From Chthoniobacteraceae bacterium (GTDB taxonomy: Bacteria > Verrucomicrobiota > Verrucomicrobiia > Chthoniobacterales > Chthoniobacteraceae): a DNA stretch of 64,000 bases. The notes beneath the pieces were generated by a model, which worked only from the letters and a program-made list of their open reading frames with translations, did no database searches and was not told the DNA's origin. Shown here in pieces: positions 18,832 to 28,342 of the stretch. The position numbers and the translations under genes are program-made. Within the stretch, counting starts at the first letter, position 1. Each line of letters opens with the position of its first letter. The stretch is taken from positions 1 to 64,000 of the forward strand of contig JANNXQ010000127.1 of assembly GCA_031409655.1 (NCBI GenBank). The letters run 5' to 3'.

Positions 18832-19935
18832 ATGACGCCCTCCACTTTTCTCTCGCTCTACGAAAAACTTGAGAAGCTCGTGCGGCGGCTGCCGGAAGGT
18901 CTGCAGCAGCCGATCCTGCGCGAGATCACACCGATCAAGACGCTCTTCCTGCTCCAGCGCCCGCCGCGGCTCGTGCTCGTGGGGCCGGGCGGCGCGGGCA
19001 AGGCAGAACTGCTCACGGCGCTCTTCAATGCCGAACTGCTCAAGCCCGGGGAGGAAAATCTGAACGAAGGCACATGGGTGAAATTCACCCGCGGCGGCCA
19101 GGGCTCACTGCAGCTCCTCGATGCGCGCCGACCCGTCTCGCAGGCGCTCGTGAATGCGGCGCTCGCCGAATTGCCGCCCGATCTTTTCATTTTCGTCCGC
19201 CGCGCGAGTGAGATCGATGACTCGCTGGCGGCGGACCTGGACCATGCCGAGGCGCTGCTCTCGCACGCCGAGAGTCGGCATCAGGCGCGCGGAAAAATCC
19301 TCGGCATCCTGCTCGACGCCGGCCCGGTGGAGGATCGCGAGCGGGCGCGGCAGGATCTGAATGCCTGCCTGCACACGCGCGATTCGCTGAGCGCGCGGAT
19401 GCTCGGCACGGTGGCCCTCAGCGGCGAGGGAGCGCTCGCGCGGCTCGCGGAACTCATCGCCGTCGAACTGCCCGGGGAGGCGCAGCTCGAGATGGCGCGC
19501 CTTTCGGGGAACAAGGAACTCCAGCGCCAGATTGCCAATGTCGTCATCAAGTCCGTGACCGCGATCTGCGCAGCCATCGGCGCCCAGCCCATCCCGCTCG
19601 CGGACTTCCCGATCCTCACTTCGCTCCAGGCGCTGCTCGTGGCCAGCGTGATGCATGTGAGCGGACGCGAGATGAGCGCAAAGCTCGGGGCGGAATTCAT
19701 CGCCGCGCTCGGCGCGAATATCGGCGCGGGGCTCGTCCTCCGCGAAGGCGCGCGGGCGGTGGCGAAGTTCGTGCCGCTCTGGGGCAATGCGGTCTCCGGC
19801 GCGGTCGCGGGCGCCGGCACTTACGCCATCGGGCGCGCGGCGGCGGCCTACTTCATCGACGGACTTTCGATCGCCGATGCGCGCGCCATTTTCCGACGGA
19901 AGAAGAGCCCGAGATTTCTGGAGCGGAAGCCATGA
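18832..19935 (+). CDS. GTPase-like domain plus DUF697/YcjF-like membrane domain protein
   Basis: RLVLVGPGGAGKAEL P-loop-like motif; C-terminal AQPIPLADFPILTSLQ...KFVPLWGNAVSGAVAGAGTYAIG. Confidence 0.8.
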   Translation: MTPSTFLSLYEKLEKLVRRLPEGLQQPILREITPIKTLFLLQRPPRLVLVGPGGAGKAELLTALFNAELLKPGEENLNEGTWVKFTRGGQGSLQLLDARRPVSQALVNAALAELPPDLFIFVRRASEIDDSLAADLDHAEALLSHAESRHQARGKILGILLDAGPVEDRERARQDLNACLHTRDSLSARMLGTVALSGEGALARLAELIAVELPGEAQLEMARLSGNKELQRQIANVVIKSVTAICAAIGAQPIPLADFPILTSLQALLVASVMHVSGREMSAKLGAEFIAALGANIGAGLVLREGARAVAKFVPLWGNAVSGAVAGAGTYAIGRAAAAYFIDGLSIADARAIFRRKKSPRFLERKP

Positions 19936-19954
19936 TGCGAACGAACGCAACCAA

Positions 19955-20011
19955 GGAGCAGGGGCGCCCTCGCCCCGAGTATCATTCACGGGGCGGGGGC
20001 GCCCCTACTCC
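19955..20011. repeat. REP-like inverted doublet
   Basis: ggagcaggggcgccctcgccccg / cggggcgggggcgcccctactcc (GTAG on the minus strand). Confidence 0.75.
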
Positions 20012-20014
20012 TTG

Positions 20015-21355
20015 ATGAAACCTTCCGAAATCCGCGAGACGCTCGACCGTCTCGGCAGCCGCCCGACGCAGAGTCTCGGGCAAAATTTCCTCCACGATCG
20101 CAACCTCTCCGAGTGGATCGTCGCGCAGCTCGACTTGCAGCCGGGCGAGGCGTGGCTCGAGCTCGGCCCGGGGCTCGGAGCGATCACGGAATTTGCCGTG
20201 CAGCGCTCCACGAACGGGCTCGCGATCGAAAAGGACGGTCGATTGATTCCATTTCTGAACGAGCGTTATCCGGCTCTCGAAGTGCGCCACGGGGATGCCG
20301 CGGAGTTTGATGTCCGGGAGCTCTTCGCGCGCGGCCCGGTGAAGGTGATCGGCAATCTGCCGTACTACATCTCCAGCCAGATCCTCATTGGCTACACGGC
20401 GGAGCCGAGTCCGGTGAGCACGCTCGTTTTCACCCTGCAACGGGAACTCGCCGAACGCCTCGCCGCCGAGCCGCGGACAAAGGCCTACGGCGCGCTCACG
20501 CTCCTGCTTGGGCGGCGGTGGAAGGTGAAATATCTGCGCACGATTCCGCCCACGGTTTTCGCGCCGCAGCCGGGGGTGGATTCCGCGGTGGTGCGTTTCA
20601 CCCCGCGCGATCCGGGCGAGATGCCGGCGTGCGACGGGGTGCAGTTTAACCGGCTGGTGAAGCTCGGCTTTGCCAAGCGCCGCAAGCAGCTCCACAACAA
20701 CCTGGGGGCGCTCGATCTCGACTGGCCCGCGCTCACGGCGCATCTCGGCGTGCTCGAGACGACGCGCGCCGAAGAGCTTTCGCTGGAGCAGTGGATCGCG
20801 CTCACAAACTTCGTCGCCGGGACTCCCGGAGAAGCGGGGGCCGCGGGCGCGCAGGATGTGCATGGCGAAATTTTCGACGTGGTCGATGAACAGGATCGAG
20901 TGACCGCTCAGGCGTCTCGTCATGAAGTCCACGCTGGCAATCTGCGCCACCGCGCGGTCCACATTTTCGTCACGAATACGCAGGGCGATCTCTTTCTGCA
21001 AAAGCGCTCGCGCTGGAAAGACAAGCATCCCGGGCTCTGGGATTCCAGTGCCGCTGGTCATGTGAACGCCGGTCGCGATTATGCGGAGACCGCCGCCCGC
21101 GAGATCGTCGAGGAGATCGGGGTTTCCGCGCCGTTGGAGGAGATCGCCGCGCTCGATGCGTGTGCGAATACGGGTTGGGAGTTTGTGCGGCTCTACCACG
21201 CCCGGCACGAAGGCCCATTCCGTCTCGCGCCGGCGGAGATCGAGTCCGGAGGTTTCTTTTCGGTGGAGCAAATCCGGGAGTGGGCCGCCGCGCGTCCGGG
21301 CGATTTCGCTCCGGGCTTTCTGGAGTGTTTCCGAAGGCTGCCGGTCAGGAAGTGA
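20015..21355 (+). CDS. rsmA: 16S rRNA m6,2A dimethyltransferase RsmA/KsgA fused to a C-terminal NUDIX domain
   Basis: SLGQNFL, ELGPGLG, GNLPYYIS, RAEELS; then HRAVHIF, LQKRS..K...PGLWD and NUDIX box GHVNAGRDYAETAAREIVEEIG. Confidence 0.93.
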   Translation: MKPSEIRETLDRLGSRPTQSLGQNFLHDRNLSEWIVAQLDLQPGEAWLELGPGLGAITEFAVQRSTNGLAIEKDGRLIPFLNERYPALEVRHGDAAEFDVRELFARGPVKVIGNLPYYISSQILIGYTAEPSPVSTLVFTLQRELAERLAAEPRTKAYGALTLLLGRRWKVKYLRTIPPTVFAPQPGVDSAVVRFTPRDPGEMPACDGVQFNRLVKLGFAKRRKQLHNNLGALDLDWPALTAHLGVLETTRAEELSLEQWIALTNFVAGTPGEAGAAGAQDVHGEIFDVVDEQDRVTAQASRHEVHAGNLRHRAVHIFVTNTQGDLFLQKRSRWKDKHPGLWDSSAAGHVNAGRDYAETAAREIVEEIGVSAPLEEIAALDACANTGWEFVRLYHARHEGPFRLAPAEIESGGFFSVEQIREWAAARPGDFAPGFLECFRRLPVRK

Positions 21356-21430
21356 TTGGTTCCGCCCGATGAGGGGGAAGATTTCACTGAGGGGTTGCAT
21401 TCCATCCGAGCGGCCAGCAATCTCCGGCGC

Positions 21431-21649
21431 ATGGCAAAGGAAGAAGCCATCAGAGTTGAGGGAATCGTCACAGACGTGCTCCCCGGCACCATGTTTCACG
21501 TCCGTCTCCCCAACGGAGGGATCGTTCTCGCGCACATTTCCGGCAAGATGCGGAAGCACTTCATCCGCATCGTTCCCGGTGACAAAGTCGAGGTCGAGCT
21601 ATCGCCCTACGACCTTTCCAAGGCCCGCATCATTTTCCGCGAGCAGTAG
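21431..21649 (+). CDS. infA: Translation initiation factor IF-1
   Basis: [56 protein letters not shown]. Confidence 0.97.
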   Translation: MAKEEAIRVEGIVTDVLPGTMFHVRLPNGGIVLAHISGKMRKHFIRIVPGDKVEVELSPYDLSKARIIFREQ

Positions 21650-21661
21650 CCGGCGCGGAAC

Positions 21662-21757
21662 TATTCAGTAGTCAGCAACCAGAGGTCAGTATTCATTGAG
21701 TGTGCTCAGCCAAGAGCCGCGTTTTTTCCGACCACTGACCACTGACCACGCACTAAC
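21662..21757. repeat. Degenerate inverted heptamer arrays (TGGTCAG-like / CTGACCA)
   Basis: tattcag-tagtcag-caaccag-aggtcag ... gaccact-gaccact-gaccac. Confidence 0.65.
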
Positions 21758-21769
21758 AGGAGCCAACCT

Positions 21770-22114
21770 ATGTCTGACGAAAATCCCAAATCGAACGAAG
21801 GCAACGCCAAGGCGAACCTCGAAAGTTCCAAGGCCCACGCCAAAGCCGCCGCTGAAGACTTGCGCGCTGCGGCCGAGACGAAAGCCCGCGAATTGCGCGA
21901 GGCCGCCGAGGCCAAGGCGCGCGAATTCCGCGACGTCGCCCAGGCGCGCACCAGCGAATACCGCGAGCGGGCCGAACACGCCTACGGCGACGCCCGCGAG
22001 CGCGTGCGCACGCTGCAGGACGACGGCGAAGAATACATCCGCAAGAATCCGCTCCAGGCCGTGCTCGTGGCCGTCGGCGCCGGCTTCCTGCTCGGGCTCG
22101 CCTTCCGCAAGTAA
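21770..22114 (+). CDS. ElaB/YqjD/DUF883 family protein
   Basis: Helical charged body ending EEYIRKNPLQAVLVAVGAGFLLGL. Confidence 0.9.
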   Translation: MSDENPKSNEGNAKANLESSKAHAKAAAEDLRAAAETKARELREAAEAKAREFRDVAQARTSEYRERAEHAYGDARERVRTLQDDGEEYIRKNPLQAVLVAVGAGFLLGLAFRK

Positions 22115-22124
22115 CGGCCCGGAG

Positions 22125-22550
22125 ATGCCGGAGCCGTCCAGCGAAGATCGTCGTGCCGCGGAAGCCGCAGGGCTGTGGGGGCACCTCTCCGCACTGCTCG
22201 GCGCGAAGCTCGCCTACCTCCGCGCCCGCGGTGAACTCGCTGGGCTCGAAGGTCGCGAGGCGGCGGTGCAATACGGCATCGCGCTCGGCCTGGCGATCGG
22301 CGGCCTCGTCGCGGTGATCTTCGCTTACGTCTTCCTGGTGCTCGCGCTGGTCTTCGCCATCGCGTGGGCCTTGGGCAGCGGCAATGCCTGGATCTGGGTG
22401 CTGCTCGGTGCGTCGCTCCTGCATCTGCTCGGCGCGGTCGGGCTGTTCTTTGTGGCCCGGATGAAAATCACCCAGCCGGTCTTCCCGGCGACGCTCGACG
22501 AATTTCGAAAGGATCAGGCATGGCTCACGACGCCCGCAAAGCGGAGCTGA
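22125..22550 (+). CDS. Phage-holin-family (YqjE-like) membrane protein
   Basis: R.ELA.LE.RE, two TM helices, F..TLDEFRKD..WL; follows the DUF883 gene. Confidence 0.85.
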   Translation: MPEPSSEDRRAAEAAGLWGHLSALLGAKLAYLRARGELAGLEGREAAVQYGIALGLAIGGLVAVIFAYVFLVLALVFAIAWALGSGNAWIWVLLGASLLHLLGAVGLFFVARMKITQPVFPATLDEFRKDQAWLTTPAKRS

Positions 22551-22912
22551 TTGCTGCCCTCGATCAGGCGCGGTCGCGACTGGCCGTGAATGCGCACGCG
22601 CTGCGCGCAGACCTCGATCCGCTCTCCGGCGTGAAGCGCTCCTTCCGGCACCACGGCCTCGCCTGGCTCGGTGGCGCGACCCTTTTCGGCCTAGTCCTTT
22701 CGAAGCTCCCGGCGCGCACGAAGAAGGTGGTCGTGGATCGCAAGGGCGCGCGAATCCGCGAAACGCCGAAAGCTGCGACGGCCGGACTCGCACTGGGAGC
22801 CTTGAAGATCGCCTTTGATCTCGGGAAACCTTGGATCGCGGGATGGCTCGCGCGGCGCGCGGAGCAATACGTCGCGCCGGGCGATAGTTCCGCGTCCCGC
22901 CCGCGGCGGTAG
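22520..22912 (+). CDS. Hypothetical protein (YqjK-like position)
   Basis: Overlaps the previous stop; RKAELIA.LDQARSRL and a hydrophobic segment. Confidence 0.7.
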   Translation: MAHDARKAELIAALDQARSRLAVNAHALRADLDPLSGVKRSFRHHGLAWLGGATLFGLVLSKLPARTKKVVVDRKGARIRETPKAATAGLALGALKIAFDLGKPWIAGWLARRAEQYVAPGDSSASRPRR

Positions 22913-22937
22913 CGGGCTGGGATTTCACCTAGGATTC

Positions 22938-23032
22938 ACCACAGATAACGCAGATGACGCAGATGGAGAAAAGGGAAGGGGAAGCCCAAGCCTCCTCATC
23001 CCATGATCTGTGCAATCTGTGTCATCTGTGGT
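22938..23032. repeat. Inverted pair of nonamer arrays (CACAGATGA-like)
   Basis: accacagataacgcagatgacgcagat ... atctgtgcaatctgtgtcatctgtggt, between convergent genes. Confidence 0.85.
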
Positions 23033-23056
23033 CGATCCATCCGTGCCATCCGCGTC

Positions 23057-25003
23057 CTACCGTGTAGCGCCCGCAGATCCCTGCACCGCAGCGGTACTCG
23101 CGTCCTCACGTTTCGCGCCCGCTAGCAACCACACGCCCAGCCCACCGCTCACGAGGAGTAGTGGCAGCAGGCTCCAGCGGCTGCGCGGCCAGAGAAATTC
23201 GCCCACGTTAAACGACGCCCAGCGCGTCTGTTCGCTGTGCGGCGGGTAGAGGCGGAATTCGAGCAGGCCCTCGAAAATGGAGATCGGATTTACGCTCACC
23301 GGACCTTCGATCGCGGCGAGAAGGAAAGGGCTAGCGTCACCCCGCACCATTCCTTCGCGCAGCAGCCGCTGCATGGCTGCGAGCTGGGTCTCGATCTCCG
23401 CAGGGCTCACAGAGTCCGCCTCGAGCCGCGCGCGTTCTTTTTCCAAATGACGGCCGAGCAGGATCTCGAGCATCGGCCAGGCACGCTCGTGGACGAAGAG
23501 CGGCCAAGCGTAGTCGAGAACGATGCTATTGAAAAAATCCTGGCGCCGGTCGTCGCGCGCGTGACCGCCGACAGCCAGCGGATTTTGCGCGTCAGTGGCC
23601 GTGAGGAGCGTCTGCTGGGCGATGGAGAGAATCGCGAGGACGGACGTGAGCTTGCGCCGGCGGGTGAAGGCGACGACCAGCGGCAACGCGAGAAATGGAA
23701 GTCCCGGCACGAGATAGCGCGGTCCTGCGGAGAAGCCGCCGTGATAGCCATTGAAGGAGGCGTTCACGAGGAAGAAGAAACCGAAGATCGCGATGCAGAG
23801 TCGCGCTTCGGCGACATACGTTTTCTCCCGCAGCCAGACCACGAGTCCCCACACGCCCAGGATGAGCACCGGCGCGAGGAAGAAGACGCCGCGATACGGC
23901 GAGAGCGTGATGACTGCCGAGACGTAGGCGAATTGCACGACATCCGCCGATGACTGGAAGAGGCGGAACATGCCGAGCGCGCCGCTCGGATCCTTAAAGA
24001 GCGGGTTCTGGAAATCGTTCGCGAGCTTGAAGGGTGATCCGAAATTTACCCAGCCATACCAGCAGATGAGGAGAAAGGGTGGGATCACGCCGAGACTAAA
24101 GAATAGCGCTCGACTGAAATGCCAGCGGCGGGGCGGCGCCCGACGCGCAGGAGGCGTGGACGGGGGATTTTTCACCGCGAGAAGCGCATAGACTCCGAGA
24201 AAAGCCCCGGGCACTGCGGCGACGTAGTTGGTGATCGCCGCGAGGCCCGCGCAGAGTCCGGCGAGCAGCCAGGCCGTGGCGTTTGTGCCGCGGCGAAGAA
24301 AGTAGAAGGCCGCGAGGAGCAGCACCGCCGTGAGATTGTGATCGAAGAGAATCGTGCCGAAGGGAAAGAACGTAGTGCCGAATGCGAACGCGAGCGTCGC
24401 CGCCGCCGCGGGCCAGAGCGCGCCGGCGAAGTCGCGCGCGAGCCGGAAGAAGAGCACGCAGCCGAGCGCGGAGAGCAGGCCCACCGAGCAGATGGTGGTG
24501 AGCCAGGAGTTGATCGTGAGCGTCCACCAGCGGTCGGGATTGATCCCGAGCAGCCGCTCGATTTGCAGAATGACCCAGTAGCCAGGCAGCGAGATGAAGG
24601 ACGCGCCGGGCGGCTTATTCGGATGAAAGTGCCCCGTGTGCGGCACGTAGCCGAGATCGCCAGACGCGCAGAGCGAGATCATCGGCTCCAGCGTCACGCC
24701 TTCATCCGCAGGCGCTTCATTCACGGGGAAAAGCGTCCAGACCATATCGACCCACGCGAGCCGATGGCGGCGCCCGTCGAGTTCGTACTCCGCATTTTTC
24801 ATCGGCACCCGCCGCAGATCATTCGTCGCCGGATCGCGGTCGTAGATCAGGAAATCATCGATCGCAAAACGCCCCTGCTCCGCCATCGCCCGCACCTCCG
24901 CAAACCGCGCGTTCTGATTCCACCCCCCACCTTGCTGGAAATACGCAAAGGCGAAGAAGGTCGCGATGAAGATCAGGAGTTCGAGACGCTGAGGGCGGGA
25001 CAC
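23057..25003 (-). CDS. Polytopic membrane protein, probable GT-C fold glycosyltransferase
   Basis: Many TM helices; NKPPG loop, SPYRGVFFLAP, GGFSAGPRYLVP; GTG start assumed. Confidence 0.7.
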   Translation of the reverse strand: MSRPQRLELLIFIATFFAFAYFQQGGGWNQNARFAEVRAMAEQGRFAIDDFLIYDRDPATNDLRRVPMKNAEYELDGRRHRLAWVDMVWTLFPVNEAPADEGVTLEPMISLCASGDLGYVPHTGHFHPNKPPGASFISLPGYWVILQIERLLGINPDRWWTLTINSWLTTICSVGLLSALGCVLFFRLARDFAGALWPAAAATLAFAFGTTFFPFGTILFDHNLTAVLLLAAFYFLRRGTNATAWLLAGLCAGLAAITNYVAAVPGAFLGVYALLAVKNPPSTPPARRAPPRRWHFSRALFFSLGVIPPFLLICWYGWVNFGSPFKLANDFQNPLFKDPSGALGMFRLFQSSADVVQFAYVSAVITLSPYRGVFFLAPVLILGVWGLVVWLREKTYVAEARLCIAIFGFFFLVNASFNGYHGGFSAGPRYLVPGLPFLALPLVVAFTRRRKLTSVLAILSIAQQTLLTATDAQNPLAVGGHARDDRRQDFFNSIVLDYAWPLFVHERAWPMLEILLGRHLEKERARLEADSVSPAEIETQLAAMQRLLREGMVRGDASPFLLAAIEGPVSVNPISIFEGLLEFRLYPPHSEQTRWASFNVGEFLWPRSRWSLLPLLLVSGGLGVWLLAGAKREDASTAAVQGSAGATR

Positions 25004-25197
25004 GGGTGGGGAAAATGGCGAATGACGGATGGCAGACTGATGGACTAACCGGCGGCACCAAGTCCCACAACGGAGAACTCGCCGGATGCCGGGTGTTTCC
25101 ACCAAGCTAGATCCCTCTCGGGGACAGCAGTGGCGGGAACGAGTGCAAGGCAACGTGGGCGGATGGCCTTGGGAAACGATGCTTGTTGGATCCTGAA

Positions 25198-25908
25198 CTA
25201 TGAATGGCCACCAACGACGACATCGCCGTAGCCGTGGACCATTTTGCAGATCAGCCTGAGGGAACCTTCGAGGTCGCCATCGGCGGTCTTGAAGGCATCC
25301 GCGTCGATCGTGAGAGGAGCGCCGAGGACCACGAGTGGGGCGCCGAATTGAGGACATTGGATGGCTTGTTCGAGCGAAAGGCCGCCGACGGCTTGCACGG
25401 GAACACTGACGGCCCGCACGACTTCGCGGAGCCGATCCAGCGGACTCGGCATGCGCTGACCAGCGGCGGCGATCCCACGCCTTTCATCGTAGCCAATATG
25501 ATGGATGACAAAGTCGCAGCCGAAGTCTTCGAGTTCCCTGGCTCCTGCGACCATGTCGGGGCAGCCGAGATTGTCGCCCATCACTTTCACGCCGCAGTCG
25601 CGCCCGGCTTGCACCACCACTTTCACCGTCTCCTCATGCGCTCGAGCCATCACCACCACATGCGTCGCGCCGGCATTGGCCATCATCTCGGCTTCGAGGT
25701 AGCCGCCGTCCATCGTCTTGAGATCGGCGACGATCGGGATTCCGGGGAAGGCTTTCCGTAAGGCGCGCACGCCGTGCAATCCTTCCGCCAGAATGAGCGG
25801 GGTGCCGGCCTCCAGCCAATCGACGCCGGCCCGCATCGCGAGCGCGGCCGTCTCCAGGGCTTCGTCGATGTTCGTGAGGTCGAGGGAGATTTGGACGATG
25901 GGACTCAT
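25198..25908 (-). CDS. 3-hexulose-6-phosphate synthase / OMP decarboxylase-HUMPS family protein
   Basis: VQISLD, WLEAGTPLI..EG, VADLKTMDGGYLEA, HIGYD, AVGGL. Confidence 0.88.
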   Translation of the reverse strand: MSPIVQISLDLTNIDEALETAALAMRAGVDWLEAGTPLILAEGLHGVRALRKAFPGIPIVADLKTMDGGYLEAEMMANAGATHVVVMARAHEETVKVVVQAGRDCGVKVMGDNLGCPDMVAGARELEDFGCDFVIHHIGYDERRGIAAAGQRMPSPLDRLREVVRAVSVPVQAVGGLSLEQAIQCPQFGAPLVVLGAPLTIDADAFKTADGDLEGSLRLICKMVHGYGDVVVGGHS

Positions 25909-26083
25909 GGGAGATGGGAAGTTGCCACGTTAGCCTCGGAACGAGAATGCTCATCTCCGACGAATAGTCCGGAGGAAGGGATGGGTACCGTCCTACTGGC
26001 CGAATCCTCCGCTCGCCGCAACCGCAGTCAGCCTCGTGTTCCTCACCCCTTATCGATCGTCCTGCTGGTGGCCGGCAAACTTC

Positions 26084-28342
26084 CTAACTGCGTTCCGGGC
26101 GGATCGCGACCGCGCAGGCCTTATAACTCGGTTGCCTGGAGTGCGGATCAAAGGCCGGGTGGGTGAGTTGATTCACGGCTGCATAGTGCATTGGGAGGAA
26201 GAGTTGCCCGGCTTGCACCATCTCGGTGACGAACGCCGTGGCGGTCATCGTTCCGCGACGCGAAGAGATTCTGACCGCCGCATTCGGGGCAATGCCCGCC
26301 CGATCCGCGTCGCGCGGATTGATCTCCACGTAAGCGTTTGCAGGATAAAGTTTCCGCAGCACGTCGGACTTTCCGGTCCGCGTATTCGTGTGCCACTGGG
26401 AGGAAGTGCCGCGACCGGTGAGCAGGAGGAAGGGGAAGGCCGAATCGACAGGCTCCGGCATTGGGCGCGGCTCAGCGAAGAGTAACTGCGCGCGTCCGTC
26501 GGCGTGAAAGTAACGTCCATCCTCAAAGAGCCGCCGCTCGGTAAAGGATGAAGGATGAAGGATGAAGGATGAATCGCCATCCTCCTGCTCCACCATCTTC
26601 TTCATCCTTTCATCAAACGGCCACTGCACGCCGCCGAGCGTGTCGATCATCCGGTAATCCTCGATACCGGTGATGTCGCAGGGCTGGCCGCGGGAACAGT
26701 CCTTGAGGATTTGGAAGACAGCCTCCGGCGAAGTCCACCGCCGGAACATCTCTCCGCAGCCCCAATACTGTGCGACGAGTCTGAGGATATTAAAGTCCGA
26801 TAGCGCCTGGCCGGGGGCGCGCGCGATCTTTTTTACCAGTCCGATGCGGCGCTCGGAGTTGATGAAGGTGCCTTCCTTCTCGCCCCAGCCTGCCGCCGGG
26901 AGCACGAGATCGGCAAGTTGCGCCGTCTCGGTGCTCGCATACATGTCCTGCACAACGAGGAAATCCAACTTACTCACGACGTCACGAAAGGAGCGCTGAT
27001 GAATCCATGAGTGCGCTGAATTCGTCGCAATGATCCAGAGCCCTTTGATCTTACCGGCGGCGATGCCCTCGATGATTTGGTCGTAAGCGATAGAGTTTGC
27101 GGCGGGCATCGCGTCCGGGGAGATTTCGAGAATTTCGGCAATCTTCGTTCGGTCGGCCGCTTTGGCGAAGTCATGCCCGCCGAGCAGATTAGTGATGTTC
27201 GCAAAGAGGCGCGAACCCATCGCATTGCACTGCCCGGTGATGGAGTTTGCGCCGGTGCCAGGCTTTCCCATGTTCCCCGTGATCAGTGCGAGATTGATGA
27301 TCGCTTGGGCGGTGCGGGTGCTCTCGTGGCCTTGGTTCACGCCCATGGTCCACCAAAAGGACACGCGCTTCCCATCGGCAATGGTCTGCGCCAGTCGCCA
27401 TAGACGCTCGACGGAGATCCCGGTCGCCGCGCTGACCTCATCGGGCGTAAAGCGGGTCACAAACGTGGCAAACTCCGTGAAGCCGTTGGTGTGTGCGGTA
27501 ATGTATTCGCGATCGATCCACCCACTCGCGATCAAGATATTGGCGAGTCCGTAGAGCAGCACGAGATCGCTCTTTGGCTGAATGGCAAAGTGTTGCGTCG
27601 CCGCCATCGCCGTTTCCGTCTTCCGCGGATCGACGACGATGATTTCGGGCGAATGTCGATTGCGCATCACCCGCTGCCACATGATCGGATGGGCGATGCA
27701 GGGGTTTGCCCCGATGAAGATCATCACGTCACTTTCCTCAAAGTCTGCGTATGTGAACGGTGGTGCGTCGAAGCCGAAGGATTGCTTATAAGCCGTGGCG
27801 GAGGTCGCCATGCACTGCCGGGTGTTCGAGTCGCAATGCACAAAGCCCATGCCGAACTTCCAGAGCGCGCCGAGAAAGGCCATCTCCTCGGTGACGATTT
27901 GCCCGGTGGAAAGAAAGGCGCAGGACTCCGGGCCGTGCTCGCGCTGGATGTTCTTAAAGCGCTCCGTAAAGAGCACCATGGCGCGCTCCCAATCAATCGG
28001 CTCGAGTTGGCCGGTGGCCGCGTTGCGGAAGAGTGGCGTCGTGGCGCGATCTGGCGCGCTGAGCGGGGTCAGTGCCTCCCAGCCTTTCGGGCAGGCCATC
28101 CCGAGATTCACGGGATAGTGGGTATCGGCGGTGAGATTGATCGCGCGTCCGTCTTTGAGATGCACATTCAATCCGCAACCGGTGGAGCAATAGCCGCAAA
28201 CGAGGGTCGTCGTATTATCCGGCAACAGACGTGCGGGGACTTTTCCGAGACCGAAGTCTCCGGGATGCTGAACCAGATCTTGCGTGAGGGCACCGTCCCA
28301 AGCGCGGATCGGCGGGATGAGTGTTTCGGTCGTGATGTTCAT
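26084..28342 (-). CDS. Assimilatory-type nitrate reductase catalytic subunit (Mo-bisPGD, NarB/NasA family)
   Basis: CGYCSTGC...CPKG [4Fe-4S] site; [37 protein letters not shown]...[17 protein letters not shown]; no Tat signal. Confidence 0.92.
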   Translation of the reverse strand: MNITTETLIPPIRAWDGALTQDLVQHPGDFGLGKVPARLLPDNTTTLVCGYCSTGCGLNVHLKDGRAINLTADTHYPVNLGMACPKGWEALTPLSAPDRATTPLFRNAATGQLEPIDWERAMVLFTERFKNIQREHGPESCAFLSTGQIVTEEMAFLGALWKFGMGFVHCDSNTRQCMATSATAYKQSFGFDAPPFTYADFEESDVMIFIGANPCIAHPIMWQRVMRNRHSPEIIVVDPRKTETAMAATQHFAIQPKSDLVLLYGLANILIASGWIDREYITAHTNGFTEFATFVTRFTPDEVSAATGISVERLWRLAQTIADGKRVSFWWTMGVNQGHESTRTAQAIINLALITGNMGKPGTGANSITGQCNAMGSRLFANITNLLGGHDFAKAADRTKIAEILEISPDAMPAANSIAYDQIIEGIAAGKIKGLWIIATNSAHSWIHQRSFRDVVSKLDFLVVQDMYASTETAQLADLVLPAAGWGEKEGTFINSERRIGLVKKIARAPGQALSDFNILRLVAQYWGCGEMFRRWTSPEAVFQILKDCSRGQPCDITGIEDYRMIDTLGGVQWPFDERMKKMVEQEDGDSSFILHPSSFTERRLFEDGRYFHADGRAQLLFAEPRPMPEPVDSAFPFLLLTGRGTSSQWHTNTRTGKSDVLRKLYPANAYVEINPRDADRAGIAPNAAVRISSRRGTMTATAFVTEMVQAGQLFLPMHYAAVNQLTHPAFDPHSRQPSYKACAVAIRPERS

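Noticed and set aside
20860..21355. NUDIX domain as a type 1 IPP isomerase supplying the nearby shc
   Set aside because: It lacks the catalytic Cys of Idi (reads WDSSAAGH) and has a normal NUDIX box
22125..22550. Holin as evidence of a prophage
   Set aside because: It is part of a yqjDEK-like housekeeping trio, and no phage genes are nearby
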